Assembly: GCA_039621445.1 (NCBI GenBank)
Contig: CP154954.1
Span: forward strand, 44,619,847-44,683,846
DNA from: Euglena gracilis
Taxonomy: Eukaryota
Reading direction: 5' to 3'
Length of the DNA stretch: 64,000 nt
Position numbers and translations under genes: made by a program. Below, piece after piece: positions 1 through 12,901 of the stretch; the stretch's first letter is position 1; every line of letters starts with the position of its first letter. Below the pieces are notes generated by a model. The model searched no databases. It had not been told where the DNA came from and was given only the letters and a program-made list of their open reading frames with translations.

Positions 1-392
1 TCTCGGAGACCCAGAACCCCCCAGACTGTCACTCGAAGGTGGCGGACGAATGGGAGGCGGCAGTGGGATGTGACTCCGTCTGGAGACCGAACCCCATCGC
101 TGGTGCTCTGAGGCCGGGATGGAGCAGAGTCCCACCCTCTTTCTGGCTGGATTCTGCCTGGAGGGAACGGGAGACACCCCTAGTAGTTCACCCTGAGTCA
201 AATGGCGAAAAATTTTGGTGGGTTTTGCTTAGGAGGAAAATCATGTTTTCGAAAAGAATTGCCTTTGAAATCACGGGGACGAGAAATATGCAAACACAAC
301 AGGAATGGTGGGGGAGAAGGGAACCTATTGGCAATGAACAGGTGGGAAGGGGCGAGGTCCGGACCTAACGATCTGCAACCGCATCTGCAGAC

Positions 393-3300
393 ATCCCTGT
401 TCATGTCCAGAACGAACATCGATGCGACCACAAAGAGCACAATCATCACAAGGAGGGAGAGCACCATAACCAGGCTTTTGCTTGTTGGATTTCAATCCCC
501 CGTCTCACTCAGGGAAACCTGCCTGGCGGACCGGGGGGCTTCCACTGGAGGTCATCAGAATTAGGATCACCCCAATCCTTTTTAAATGTACTCCGTGCTG
601 CCAGCGACTTTATTGGAAATGCATATTTTCAGATGCAGTGTGAAGTTCGGTATGTGTTGGGGAAAGATGAAGAGAGAGAAATTTTGGCGGCCCTGAACTA
701 CAGACCCCAGTAATGTGGTGACCATCCTCCCATGTAAGTGAGTTCCCAAAGGATGCACAGTGCCCAAATATGTGTCACACTCTGAGCCTCCGAAAGTGAT
801 GTCCAAGGAAGTGCACACCCCCTGTAACAGCCATTTTGAATTGAACCAATCTCAGGTTATGCCCTAACAAGTGCCTGAATGGGAATCCCCGAAATCCTGT
901 GGATGGTGGGTGGGGTCCCCCCCCCATCCTTGTGGGTGGGGGAGTCCGACCCCCCCCCCCCCCGCCGGGCCTTCCTGTGGGTGGTGGGTTGGGGCCGACC
1001 ACCTCCCCCCCATCCTGGTTGTTGGGTCCGATCACCAGTCCTTGCCGTGCACTTAAATGGGAGGGGGTAACGAGAGAGGTCCATTTTTTTTAGGGCAAGT
1101 TTTTTTTAGGGCAAGCTGATGGAGGTATTGTCGGCTTGGTGTGTTCTCTTGTGTTTGAGTTAGATTAGGAATACGTTTAGGGCTTCAATTGTCGTCGAAG
1201 AAAGGGTCAGTGTCATGGTTTTCCGAAGTTTGGAGGTTAGGCCGAATTTGGGCCTGAACGTCGGTGTCAGTTATTCCTAATTTTTGGCCAAGTTGGGCTG
1301 GGCTAAAACTTCACACAAACTCTATTCCGCATCCGAACCCTGACCCTATCCCTTTACCTGGGGGCAGGCTTTTACAGCCAACTACAGGAAGAGCGATACG
1401 CAGGCCTCTTCTTCAGGCCAAGGCCTCCCTTCTGTGTGAGTTTATTTCACCAAACCCCACACCTGGGAAGACAGGTTTGGTCCTCCCATGTTCCAAAAAT
1501 ACAACCACAAAGCATTAAATAATAAACGCATAATGTGGTCATCTTCAACTTGCTGTGCTGCAAAAAGAAATGAGCCTGAACCTGAGCACAAGCACAAGGA
1601 AGGAGAGTGCCATGAAGAGCACAAGCACAAGGAAGGAGAGTGCCATGAGGAGCACAAGAAGGGAGAGCATCATGACGACCAGGCTGTTTTATTTTATACG
1701 TGCTAAGTTAAAACGTCAAACGAAGGTGACGTGTATGTTGGAATCAATTGGACTCTTTTGGTGAGAAGGAAAGGGGTTCTCCCATCATCGTTTAGCACCA
1801 TCTTTTTTGAAGAAAACACCACAGTATCAGAATTTTCCCCCTTTTTGCCTGTTTCATTTGCCGTTTGTGCAATTCTTGAGTTGCATTTTTAATTTGTTTG
1901 TGTGCATATTACCCCTTCCTGTTCACCCGAGGGGAGAGGCTGGCTTCCTTTCCAAGGCTTCTTTTCTTTCTTCTTTTCAAGACTTCTTTTCATGTCCCCG
2001 GAAAACCCTTCCCATCCGGGGGGGGAGATAGGGGGGGGATTTATCCGGTCTGCAGACGAGCATATGGTATTGTCGTGGAGAGCCAAAAAGTTTTGCCCTC
2101 AGACAGCCCGATTTTGGAGGGGGCCGCGCTGGGCTGGGTTGGGGGGACCCCCGCCTCCGCCCCCCAGGGGGCTTAAAATGAAGCCTGGCTGGGGTCAAGT
2201 TGATACTGGTGGGGTTGAGGTGGGCGGTGCGCAGAGCTGCCTTTGGCCAGAAGTGCCGTAAGCCCGGGAAGGGATCATTTTCGGCCCATTTCTGGTTCCC
2301 GGTTGTGGGATTCCACCATCCGGCCACCCCGCCACAGCCTCCGGACCCAAAGTGGGGGCCCAATTGCCCGGGTGGGGGCCCCAACCCTTCATTCCCACTG
2401 CCGGTTCCTCCGGGGTTGCGGCAAAGGGCCTGAGCGGGAGGACTGGCACCGGGAAGGCTGCCACGAGGAGCACAAGGAGGGGGAGCGCCATCATCAGGGC
2501 AAGCATGAGGAGTGCGAAGGTGGGGAGCACCGCAAGGAGCACAAGGAAGGGGAGTGCCATGACGCCGACAAGCGCAAGGAGGGCGAGCACCACGAGGAGA
2601 GACGGCGCCGCGACATGCATCAGGGAGGCGAGTCGCAGCAGGTGCTGAAGGAAGGCCAGCGCCAGGACCACGGCGTCGCTTAAGCTGAAGTGGACCCCAG
2701 GGTTTGGGGGGGGGGTCCAGCCAGCAGGCAGCCTTTTTTTCCGGCCCCAGAACACCCCCCGTCCTCATCGACGAGCAGCAAAATGAGCAATCGGTGAGCA
2801 ATTTTTCGTATTTTGGGGTTCAGAAATGGCGGGGAAAACAAACGGGCAGAAATGGACGGAATTGGGCTGGTTAGGGCAAGTTTCGGGTGAAAAAATGGAC
2901 TGTTTTTCAACGTGGAAGTGGGACAGTGCTCCGGGGCGGCAAATATGGGTCACCACTCCGGCAGCAACAGTGATTGCACTGGCACCCGCTGGAAGGCAGG
3001 AGGGAATAAGGCAAAACCATCTCTTTTTGCGGGTATTTTTTTTTTTGCAGTTTCGTTTTGTGTACCCAATTTAATCCCCGCTTGGGCCCAGTTCCAGCCC
3101 AGGACCCCTGCAGGGGTGGGGGTCACCTAACAGCCTATCTCCAGCCTGCCCACATTCCCCTCGGCCACTGAGCTGTAAAGTGACGGCGTGGGCTGGATGA
3201 GAAGGGGAAGGAGGGAGCCCATCACGAAGAGCACAAGGAAGGAGGGCAAAACGAAGAGCAAAAGGGAGGAGAGCGCCATGAAGACCACAAGGAAGGAGAG

Positions 3301-6300
3301 CGCCATGAAGACCACAAGGAAGGAGAGCGCCATGAAGACCACAAGGAAGGAGAGCGCCATGAAGACCACAAGGAAGGAGAGCGCCATGAAGAGCACAAGG
3401 AAGGAGAGCGCCATGAAGACCACAAGGAAGGAGAGCGCCATGAAGAGCACAAGGAAGGAGAGCGCCACGAAGAGCACAAGGAAGGAGAGCGCCATGAAGA
3501 GCACAAGGAAGGAGAGCGCCACGAAGACCACAAGGAAGGAGAGCGCCATGAAGAGCACAAGGAAGGAGAGCGCCACGAAGACCACAAGGAAGGAGAGCGC
3601 CATGAAGAGCACAAGGAAGGAGAGCGCCATGAAGAGCACAAGGAAGGTGAGCACCATGAAGACCACAAGGAAGGAGAGTGCCATGAAGACCACAAGGAAG
3701 GAGAGCGCCATGAAGAGCACAAGGAAGGAGAGCGCCACGAAGAGCACAAGGAAGGAGAGCGCCATGAAGACCACAAGGAAGGAGAGCGTCACGAAGAGCA
3801 CAAGGAAGGAGAGCGCCATGAAGAGCACAAGGAAGGAGAGCGCCACGAAGAGCACAAGGAAGGAGAGCGCTATGAAGACCACAAGGAAGGAGAGCGCCAT
3901 GAAGAGCACAAGGAAGGGGAGCACCATGAAGACCACAAGGAAGGAGAGCGCCACGAAGACCACAAGGAAGGAGAGCGCCATGAAGAGCACAAGGAAGGAG
4001 AGCGCCACGAAGAGCACAAGGAAGGAGAGCGCCATGAAGACCACACGAAGGAGAGCGTCACGAAGAGCACAAGGAAGGAGAGCGCCATGAAGAGCACAAG
4101 GAAGGAGAGCGCCATGAAGACCACAAGGAAGGAGAGCGCCATGAAGAGCACAAGGAAGGAGAGCGCCATGAAGAGCACAAGGAAGGGGAGCACCATGAAG
4201 ACCACAAGGAAGGAGAGCGCCATGAAGAGCACAAGGAAGGAGAGCGCCATGAGGAGCACAAGGAAGGAGAGCGCCATGAAGACCACAAGGAAGGAGAGCG
4301 CCATGAAGAGCACAAGGAAGGAGAGCGCCATGAAGACCACAAGGAAGGAGAGCGCCAGGAAGAGCACAAGGAAGGAGAGCGCCATGAAGAGCACAAGGAA
4401 GGAGAGCGGCATGAAGAGCACAAGGAAGGGGAGCACCATGAAGAACACAACTCCAAGGCAGGAGAGATTCATGAAAACCACAACCACAAGGAAGGAAAGC
4501 ATCATGACGACCAGGCTTTTTTCTTTTTCAAAAGCAAGGTTCGGGGCGTGTTGATGCTTGACACGCCCCATTCTTGCCAGGAAAGGTTCTTCATGCTGGA
4601 GGTTTCTGTGTGGTCGAAACAAATCCCCGAGATATATTACATTTACTTTGGCGTGTTTGTTTGAATGTGTCGTTGCAGTTTATTGTTTGGCAATTATGGT
4701 TTGCAGTGAGGTCCCAAAAAAGGGGGTTCCAATCATCCTTTTGTTTTTTTCAAAGAAAACACCCAGTGTCAGAGTTCTATTTCCTTTTTTGTTTTTGTTT
4801 ATGCCGTTTTGAGCTGCATTTTAAATTTTTTTTTGCATGTGCATTATCTCCTCCTGGGGGTCCAGTCAGCCAGCAGCCATCCTCGGACCCCTCTGCCCCC
4901 CCCCTTATCGGTAAGTTTATTTCTCAGCCGCCTTCAGAGCAGGTTGATAATGGATATTTGGCAAAAATGGGCCAAAAATAGGCAAAAAAATGGGTCGGAA
5001 AAGGGTTGGCCCTGGCAGTTTTTGGGTCGCCTTTAACAAAAAGGGTGAATAATTTTTTTCCACCACACAGACACAACTCCTGGGCAACAGGGCGTTGCTC
5101 AACGGAAACTCTGGGCTGGCTGGAGATCCGTTGCCCCCCCCCCAATGGAAGTCGCAGGGCTGAAACTAGGTCCGAGCTGAGTAACATCATTTCTGTCAAT
5201 TATTGATAGTTTTATCGCAGCTGGTTTTTCGATTTTGCTGCTGAGCTCCCCCTTTTTCCGTGTGCCAGCGATGCCCCACGAGTGCTCCCGAACCCATTGG
5301 CAATTTGTCGGCAATTGTCTCAAGGGTGCCGAATTTTTGACCTGAGAATTAAAGAAGTAGGAAACGGGATTTCACCACAGGGGACCACCGTTCCGGCGAC
5401 CTGGCGGTTGGACCCCACGCAGGGGGGACAAGATTTTTTTACATGGCACGTCTAGAAAACTTTCTTTTATCTGTTGCACCTTTTTGTCGTCGTTTCGGAA
5501 CGGTTTTTTTTTGGTTTTGCATTCATTGGTCGATTGGCGTTTGTTTTGATGTGTTTTTTGGGCGCCTGTGGGGCCCATTCCTTCCCTCCATGATTTACCC
5601 TCCGGGTCTGGGTCGGGGGTTTTCAGCCGGAGGGGACCCTACCCCCCAGGGGGGTCCAGCCAGCCAGCACCTCCCAGCCGGGCTGCAGACCCCCTCCCCC
5701 CGGGTGTCCGCTGGAATAAAGCTCGTGCCAGCCCCGCTTCGCCGGGCTGGACCGAAAATTTTTTCTTGAAGTGAGGGTCGAAAATGGCCAATAATGGCGG
5801 TTTTGGGCGGTTTTGGGGGTTTTACCTCAAACCTGTGGCTGAAAGAGCCAGCTGGATTTGGGCTTTTGGGGCTTTTTTGGGTACCCGCCTGGTCCAGCTC
5901 CCAGTCCGGGCGGACCCCCCTCCCCTGGACCCCCCTGGGGGGCGGGGGGTCCAGCCAGCACCTTTTCCCAGCCGGCCCGCGGGACCCCCCCCCAGAGGGT
6001 CTTTAAGAAAACCCCTGCTCTGGGTGCCGGGGACCAGAGCCTGGGCAGGAAGGCGACCAACGCAAGGAGCGCCAGGAAGGAGAACGCCGCCATGAGTGCC
6101 GGAGCGAGGAGGGCAGGGAGGCCCGTGCGGCCCACAGGGAAGGCCCCGACGGCAACCGTCGTTGTGGTCAGGGCTTTGTTTCAGAGGAGTGGCATCGTTC
6201 ACAGGTTCACATGCCAGTGGGTCATCATTGTCGGCCCGATCCATTGCATTTCAGTTTGGTTTCATGTTTTACATATGACCCCGAGGGCAGTGTCACACCT

Positions 6301-6402
6301 TGCCCTCTTCAAGGCAAGGTTCGAATGGAAGGGTGCCCCACGGAGCCGGCACAAGGACGCTCCTCCCAGGCGCATGGAAATGGCATTTGCCAAACTGAGT
6401 AA
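393..6402 (+). CDS. Partial multi-exon gene for a His/Glu/Lys-rich low-complexity repeat protein (HEEHKEGER-type repeats); 5' start and 3' end uncertain
   Basis: Inferred exons are 393-467 (IPVHVQNEHRCDHKEHNHHKEGEHH), 1584-1676, 2438-2671, 3190-4508 and 6049 onward (the frame stays open to a stop at 6400-6402, but further introns are possible). All joins are phase 0 and follow the paired-end intron rule: aaccaggct...agcctgaacct, gaccaggc...gcctgagcgg, ggcgtcgct...agtgacggcgt, gaccaggct...agcctgggcag. A 1-nt deletion at about 4045 shifts the frame within the repeat exon. Confidence 0.65.
3268..4445 (+). repeat. Coding 27-bp tandem repeat, about 43 units (cat gaa gag/gac cac aag gaa gga gag cgc)
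   Basis: Directly visible head-to-tail units with no spacers; the variants are mostly E/D and synonymous cat/cac changes. Confidence 0.95.
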
Positions 6403-7427
6403 TGCGGTTGAGGGGTTTGTTCTCAATTGAGACATCCAATGTGGTCCTGGTGGAGCCACGCCACAATGGTCAGGGCCCCATGTGGGATAAATATCTCACT
6501 CAGGTTCAGAAAAATTTGATTATTGAGAAACTAGCATTTGTGAATTGTCCACCTCTGATGAAAGCCGGCCCATTATTCTTTAGCATCCAAACGCTTCGCG
6601 GGACTCTTTACGATCAATGATCAGCCGTAGTGAGGTCTGTCAGTCGCCTTTGCAAGAACCTTGCCCAGCTAGGTGCAGGCCCCACACCACAGGCTGCCAG
6701 GCCCCCATGCTGTCAGGCCAGACCGCGCCTGTTGCACCGCATGGCAGTCTGACACAGCATTCACATGCACAAAAAAGACACTTGCATGATTTGGGTTGGT
6801 ATTTCATCGGGGAAATGGTCCCAGGACACAAAGTGCTGTCTGCATAGGGGCGGGACATTTTTTTCCTCGGAGGGGAAGACGTTGTTTGTCCCCACGGTCC
6901 GCAGTGTCGCATGGGCCCCCCGAAGCGTGGTCGCCCCCCCCCCCCCGGCCAACGACAAAGCCGCTGGCCGGAGCGACGCCGGCCCTGGGGAGGCGGTGCT
7001 TTCCGGCCCGGCGGCGTGGCCCGGCCAGTGGCCGCTGCCCCCGCTGCTGGCGGAGGCGCTGCGGGCCCGGGCGTCCTCCCGCCCTCCCACCTGGGGGTGG
7101 GGGCCTGGTGGGACTGCCGGTGCATGGCGGTGGCCTCCCAATTAGGTTGTGCGGTGGGCTCTGCAGGCGGTGCCCGGGCAGACCCCCACCCCACCTGGGG
7201 GTGGGTGGGGCGGTTGGGGCGGGGGGGTCTGGCGGGGGGGATGTGGTGGGCGGTGAGGGGGGGGGGGGGGGGTGTGCTCTCCAGGGGGCCTCTCCCTGCA
7301 GCCGGGCAGACCCCCCCACCCCCATCCTGGTGGTGGGGGGGGGGGTATGGCAGGCTTTCTCGTATTTCCAGGGGCGCCAATTTTGCAGGTCTTTTCCGGC
7401 TGTGGCCCTCCCATGGTGGGCAGGGGG

Positions 7428-7726
7428 CAGGCTTGTGCTTAGTCGGGTGCCTACCCCACGGGGGGGGGTGCTAGGGGCAGGCACCCCATAGCACCCGATC
7501 CGCCCCCCCTGGGGGGTAGGGTTTTGGGGGGTGCCTGCCCCTAGCAGGCACCCCCTCCGACCCCGGTGCCAAAGGCACCGGGGGCCCGGAAAAGGCCATT
7601 TTCAATGAAATTTTCTGGGTCCCCCCCGGATCCCTATCCCCCCCAGGGGGGGTGTGCCTGCTAGGGGCAGGCACCCTATAGCACCCACCCACCCCCCTCC
7701 CCCCCCGGTTGGTAAGCACAAGCATG
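7428..7726. mobile_element. hAT-type MITE, family A
   Basis: Terminal inverted repeats (TIRs) caggcttgtgctta / taagcacaagcatg; 8-bp flanks gcaggggg / gtaggggg (1 mismatch); near-identical copy at 38175-38461. Confidence 0.8.
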
Positions 7727-10700
7727 GTAGGGGGGGTCGACCCACCCCTCCCACCTCCCTGGTGGGGTGTCCGCCCCCCCCTCCAGGCCTCCCCATTCAG
7801 CCCTTGGATTGCTGTGCGTGGGTTGGGTCTCTTGCCCCCCCCCCCACTCGCCCCCACACAGACAGGCCAAGGCGGGAGGGCTGCTTTGGCCACCACCCTT
7901 GATCCTCCCCTCTGGCGGCCGTGGCTACGGGATGGGGCACCGCGTTGCCCGAGCCCCGCACTGTGCGCCCCCGACCATCTCGACGATGAATGGCTTGGCC
8001 CGCCGCCGCCTCACGGTATCCCTCCTTCTCCCCCCCCCGCCCCCTCCCATGGTTTTCCACCTGCAAATTTCCTTTAACACCGAGGGAATTTCTGCAAAGA
8101 GGAAAAAAAAACACACAAAGTTGGCCTGTGGCTCGGTGCTCACCAGCCGGTTTTTTTGGCTGTTTCACTGCCCCCTCTCTACGCTTGAAACCAAATTCCC
8201 AGAGACACATACCAATGCTGCCGGTGTGTCCGACCCCCCCCCCCCAAACAGCTGACTGGTTTTTGGCTCCAGACCACTTTTTCAACATCTGTGTGCCCCC
8301 CCCCCCCCCCCGGGTGGGGGTGGGTGGGTTTCCCCCCCCGGTCGGTAAGCACAAGCATGAAAGGGAGGGTCGTGGGTGTTCGATAAACCGTGGGGGAGGG
8401 GAGGGGCTGGGGGAAGTTGGCCCCTGCGCCTCCCCCCCCCCCATGCCCACGGACACCCCCTGGGCGAGGGTTGCCGGCTGGTGGCTGTTTATCTTGGAAG
8501 ACCCCAGGGGGGGAGGGGGCTGAATGCAGGGAGGGGGGAATTGCCTGCCCCCCAGCAGCACCAATCCCCAGGTTTGGGTGGGAAGCTCCGCAGACATGAG
8601 GTGGGTGGTAGGGGGGCCCCCTCCGAGATTCCCATGCCAGCCTGCCCACCCCCGCCCCCCTGCCCGGAACGGCCCTCTCTGGCCCCCTCCTCTCGCCCCT
8701 GAGGGGGCGGCGGCCCCCCGGCCCCCGGCGTGCCCCGGGGCCAACCCCGCCCCACCCCCGTGTGCACTGCGCCGCCCTCCCCCGCCCCTCCCCCTAAGGG
8801 GAGGGCGGGGGCCGCTGAGGAGTATGGCCGCCGCCCGGCATGGCCGGCCGGCGGCCCCCGCACCGCATCGCTTCGGCCGGCGGCCCCACTGGGGCCTGAT
8901 GGGGGGGGGGGGGGCGGGGCGGGGGACGGGAGCGGCCGGGCAAGCAACCCCGCTGATCTGGCACGCAGTGGGGGAGGGGGACGGGTAGGTTCCCCCATTC
9001 CCCTCTCATGAAGCTGTCCACCCCACGAGCAACCTGGCTGGGGGGATTGAGGGCCAGGGGGCAATTTAAGGGTTCGCAGTACTCCCCCCAGGAGCTGGCT
9101 TGCAGCAAGTTTTAATTTGGTGGGTGGAAATCCTGGTGGACCCTTCCCCCCAGGGGGGGCAGCTAGCAGGGTTATCTAGTGGAAATAATTTCCAAGTGGC
9201 CGGCGCAAAGCGCAGGAAAGGTTTGTTTCCCCCCCAAACACACCAAAAAAGTTTATTCTGGCAATTTTTTGGATTTTTTTATTATGAAAATCAGCATTAA
9301 AACCCTATTTCCCCCTCGCCACGCGGGGTAACGTACGCAAGCCTCCCGCCAAAGTTGTGTTTTTGCCCTCTGTCTGCCCAGGCTGACCCTGGCGGGGTGG
9401 TGTAAGCACGGCCCCCATCTTCAAATCTTCGAATTAGTTCGAGCAAGCCCTCCCGGAGGACTCTTCAACGACAGCCGTCTCGAGGTGGGGCGGTGCAGGC
9501 AGGCCGCCGGGTCGGTCCGGTCTTTCTCCGCCGCCCCCTGCGCATCGCCGTCATTCTGTCGAAGCACAAAGCACACATCGCGCTCGGCCCTGGCTTCGCC
9601 TGCGTTAGCATGTGTTGCCCCTTTCACAAAGCTGTCCACCCCCTCACGCCGCCTGGTTGGGGGGCCGGGCTTCTCCTTAAGGGTTCGCAGTGCGCTCCCC
9701 TGGGCTCGATTGCAAATTGTCCAAATAGGCTTGTGCAAATCCTGGTTGCCCCTCCAGCAGAAATATGTTCTGCGTCTGCTTTTTGGGGCATATGCGCATT
9801 CGCCGACGTTTGCCTCATGCCACAAAGCACTGCCTGCCACAGTGGGGATTTGGGGTGCCCGTCAGCGAGGAATTTCGCCGGGCACTGAAGTCCCTCTCTC
9901 AGCCGTTTTCCCACGGTGCGACACAGTGGAATGAACAGCAGCAGAACGGAGAAAATTCCTGGGTTCAGCTAATTCAGGTAATGCTTTTTTGTGATGTGCC
10001 TGTGCCTGACTCACGGTCTCAAGGGGCCGGAGAAATTTTGGGGCAGGGACTGACCAATGGTTTTCATTTCTTTTGACCAATGGTTCTCATTTCTCTGAAC
10101 CCATTTGGATCATGAAAGAATTCCACGTTTATGAATCGCTTTTTTGGGAGTGGTGCCAAAGGTGCCGACAGGCGTGTTTCGCAGTCCAGGTTCCAACGCA
10201 CTGAACAGCGTGTGGGGAATCAGACACGATCCCCAGCGTTAACCCTGGTCGTGGGGCACAGTGCTCCTGGCACCATGCACCGCAGCCCAACGTGAGGTTG
10301 TTCAGAGGATGGTTGGCTGTGTGTTGCTGTGCACACCCTGGGGCTTGGGGTTGGACAACACTGGCATGGATTCACCCATCACCTCCGCAGGGCGGGGGAC
10401 GGTGTGCATGTGCGTTGTGATGTGCTCCGCTCTACAGGTTTATGAGAGCAGCACCAGGGCTGGGCACTGGACAGCGGTGGGTGACCCGGAATGCGCAGAT
10501 GCGCATTCTGATTTATCCGATGACTTGAGCTGCAGGGGATGGTCTCCTGTTACTCTGTTACTGAAAGGACGAATGTGTTTGTGGCGCCTGCCATCGCCGA
10601 GCCCACGGTTTTCCACGCCGCTGCCAGGTGTCGGGTTTCATCGCGTGGCCAGGCACAGCGACACTCCTGCCAAGGGTGACTCTCCTGGTTCACCTCCTTT

Positions 10701-11077
10701 CAGACCCCCATGTTCTGCACGACCAAGGCCATATCCCAGTAGTGCACACGTTGGATCCAAGACAGGCAAACAACGGTGTGTTCCAGTGTGTCTTTCAACA
10801 TCAATGCTCGGGGGTGCATTCCCGCTTCCCACAGCTTGTGTCCATTCCAAAAATGCGCACCTGCGCCTTTTCTTGGGGTTCCAAAACGGTGCATGTGCGC
10901 ATTTTCTGGGCTTGGGACTCTGTTGCAGTCCTGTTGTTTCGCCCCTGGGAGGGCTGTGTCTCCATGGCCGCAGGAAGTTCCTTCCCACGCTCACCCCCAG
11001 GTTTCCAGGCCCTGCCACTGAGAACCATCAGCACGCACCAGTGAACACGCAGTGATAAATCCACGTCGGGGTTAGCC

Positions 11078-12901
11078 CAGGGTTCGATATAGTACATGGT
11101 TTAGGTGGGGGGGTGTCCCCCCACCCCCCCCCCCCCTCCTGGCCCGCAGGGGGGTCCGGACCACCCCCCCCCCACCTGCAAGGGGGGTCCGGACCGACCC
11201 TGGGGGCAGGGGGGTGGAAAATATGCACCGTGCAGTTTTTGCAGTTTTTTGCAGTTTTCACGTTTTGGGTTTTTTGCAGTTTTTTGCAGTTTTTTGCAGT
11301 TTTTTGCAGCTTTTTTTCTAAGAAAAACTGCACACGTGCAGTTTTTTGCAGGACACACATTGAAGTTGCAAGGTGCAACACGGAAGTTAATCGACACTGC
11401 ATTTGTGGCTGGTGGGCGGGGAAGCCGCGACGCATTTTCATATGCTCCCACAAGGCAAGGGTGCAGACTTGGAAGAGGTGAGGGACGCAGTAGTCAAGCA
11501 CCACGACCTCTTCCAGTACCAGATGGTGGGCCCAATCCCTGCCATAACTTCTCTGTGGTGCATTGATTTGTGTTGGCCACTTGTAACAAATTAGCAAGGC
11601 CTCAACCACACCGCATTCCTGATGCAGTTGCTGAAGGATCTCCACCTTCCCATATGGAGACGACAAGGGATCGGGTTGTGCTTCTCCCACTCATATCGTG
11701 ACATTCAATTTAGGATGATGAGGACCCGACGCCCCAAGGGTATCTCTAAAGGAAAAGGCAGACCCAACGTCGATGTGTCAGATGAAGGTTCTATTCCAAT
11801 GCTCATCCCATGTCACATCGCTCAATGGACCGAAAGTTCCGAATTGAACACCTGTTTCGCATTGGATAAGTTCAATTCCTCTGCTGCTGGCGCGAAGGCA
11901 AAGCATCATGACATGGAAGACGTGTTTGCGAAGTGGGTGAAAGCTCGTCGCTCCGGGATCTCATTGTGACCAAAAGTATAGTGTTTGCGAAGATGACCAC
12001 TTTGGAACTGTGGAAAGTCGCTCCTGAACATCAAAACCCGAATTGGTGGGTTGCATTCCGCATTCCGCAAGTTTTCAACACACCGGATTGTGTCGTACAA
12101 GTGCGTTCACTTTCCATTTTCGGTGATTTTTTGCTTTTTTCCTAGGCGAGTGATCGTTGGCAAGCATGTGAGGCGGCCAAGGGTTTTTTGTGTATGGGTA
12201 TGTGTGCATTTTTTCCGTATTTAGAAAGGAAACTGTTTGTCATCTTTGTGGGCATGGTCGGTACAAGTTTTGGCGCAGGAAAAGTGGTGTGGCCCAGCAT
12301 CCAAACACATGACTTGCATTTCAATGCATGAAAAACCATGTGCAGTGTTCCTTGTTTGTTTGCTTCCATTTTTGTCGCCATAAGCTCCAAAGCTGCGCAA
12401 AAAAAAGTTAGGTGAATTGGGGTGTGCTCATGTGGTCGCAATTTACCTTGTTTTGCATATGCACATCATTTTATCTTGTTTATTGCTAATTTTTGTTGAA
12501 GTGCAGTTTTTTTTGCAGTTTTTTGCAGTTTTTTGCAGTTTTTTGCAGTTTTTTGCAGTGCAGTTTTTGACCGGCCCGTGTGCAGTTTCTCCACCCCCCT
12601 GCCCTGGGGGGCAAAAATTGACCCCCCCCAAAAGGGTCAATTTTTTCCTCCGGCGCTTTGCGCCGAAATTTTTTTGCATTTTTGGCACATTTTTGCCCAA
12701 AAAGTGCCCAAAATGGCACTTTTGGTCGTTTTGGGGGGTCAAAAATTTTCGGCCCGGCGCTTCGCGCCGGGCCGAAAATTCGGCCACCCTGACCGCGCAC
12801 CTGTTTAGGTGGGGGGGGGTGTCCCCCCCACCCCCCCCCTCCTGGCCCGCAGGGGGGGGGGGTCCGGACCACCCCCCCACCTGTCCTTATATCGAACCCT
12901 G
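11078..12901. mobile_element. hAT-type MITE, family B, interrupted by a nested element
   Basis: TIRs cagggttcgatata / tatatcgaaccctg; 8-bp flanks ggttagcc / ggttggcc; an uninterrupted relative lies at 24242-24627. Confidence 0.85.
11207..12601. mobile_element. Nested 1.4-kb hAT-like element with subterminal (tttttgcagt)n arrays and possible degraded transposase sequence
   Basis: TIRs caggggggtgga / tccacccccctg; flanking duplication ccctggggg on both sides, where the 24242 copy has a single cccttggggg; tandem ttttttgcag arrays at about 11230-11350 and 12500-12570. Confidence 0.75.

Noticed and set aside
3268-4445. Possible CRISPR array
   Set aside because: The units are contiguous with no unique spacers, there are no cas genes, and the context is eukaryotic.
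3127-4622. Long hydrophobic minus-strand ORFs (MALSFLVLF)n and the plus-strand (MKSTRKESA)n ORF
   Set aside because: They are alternative frames of the 27-bp repeat; only the His-rich frame joins in phase with the flanking exons.
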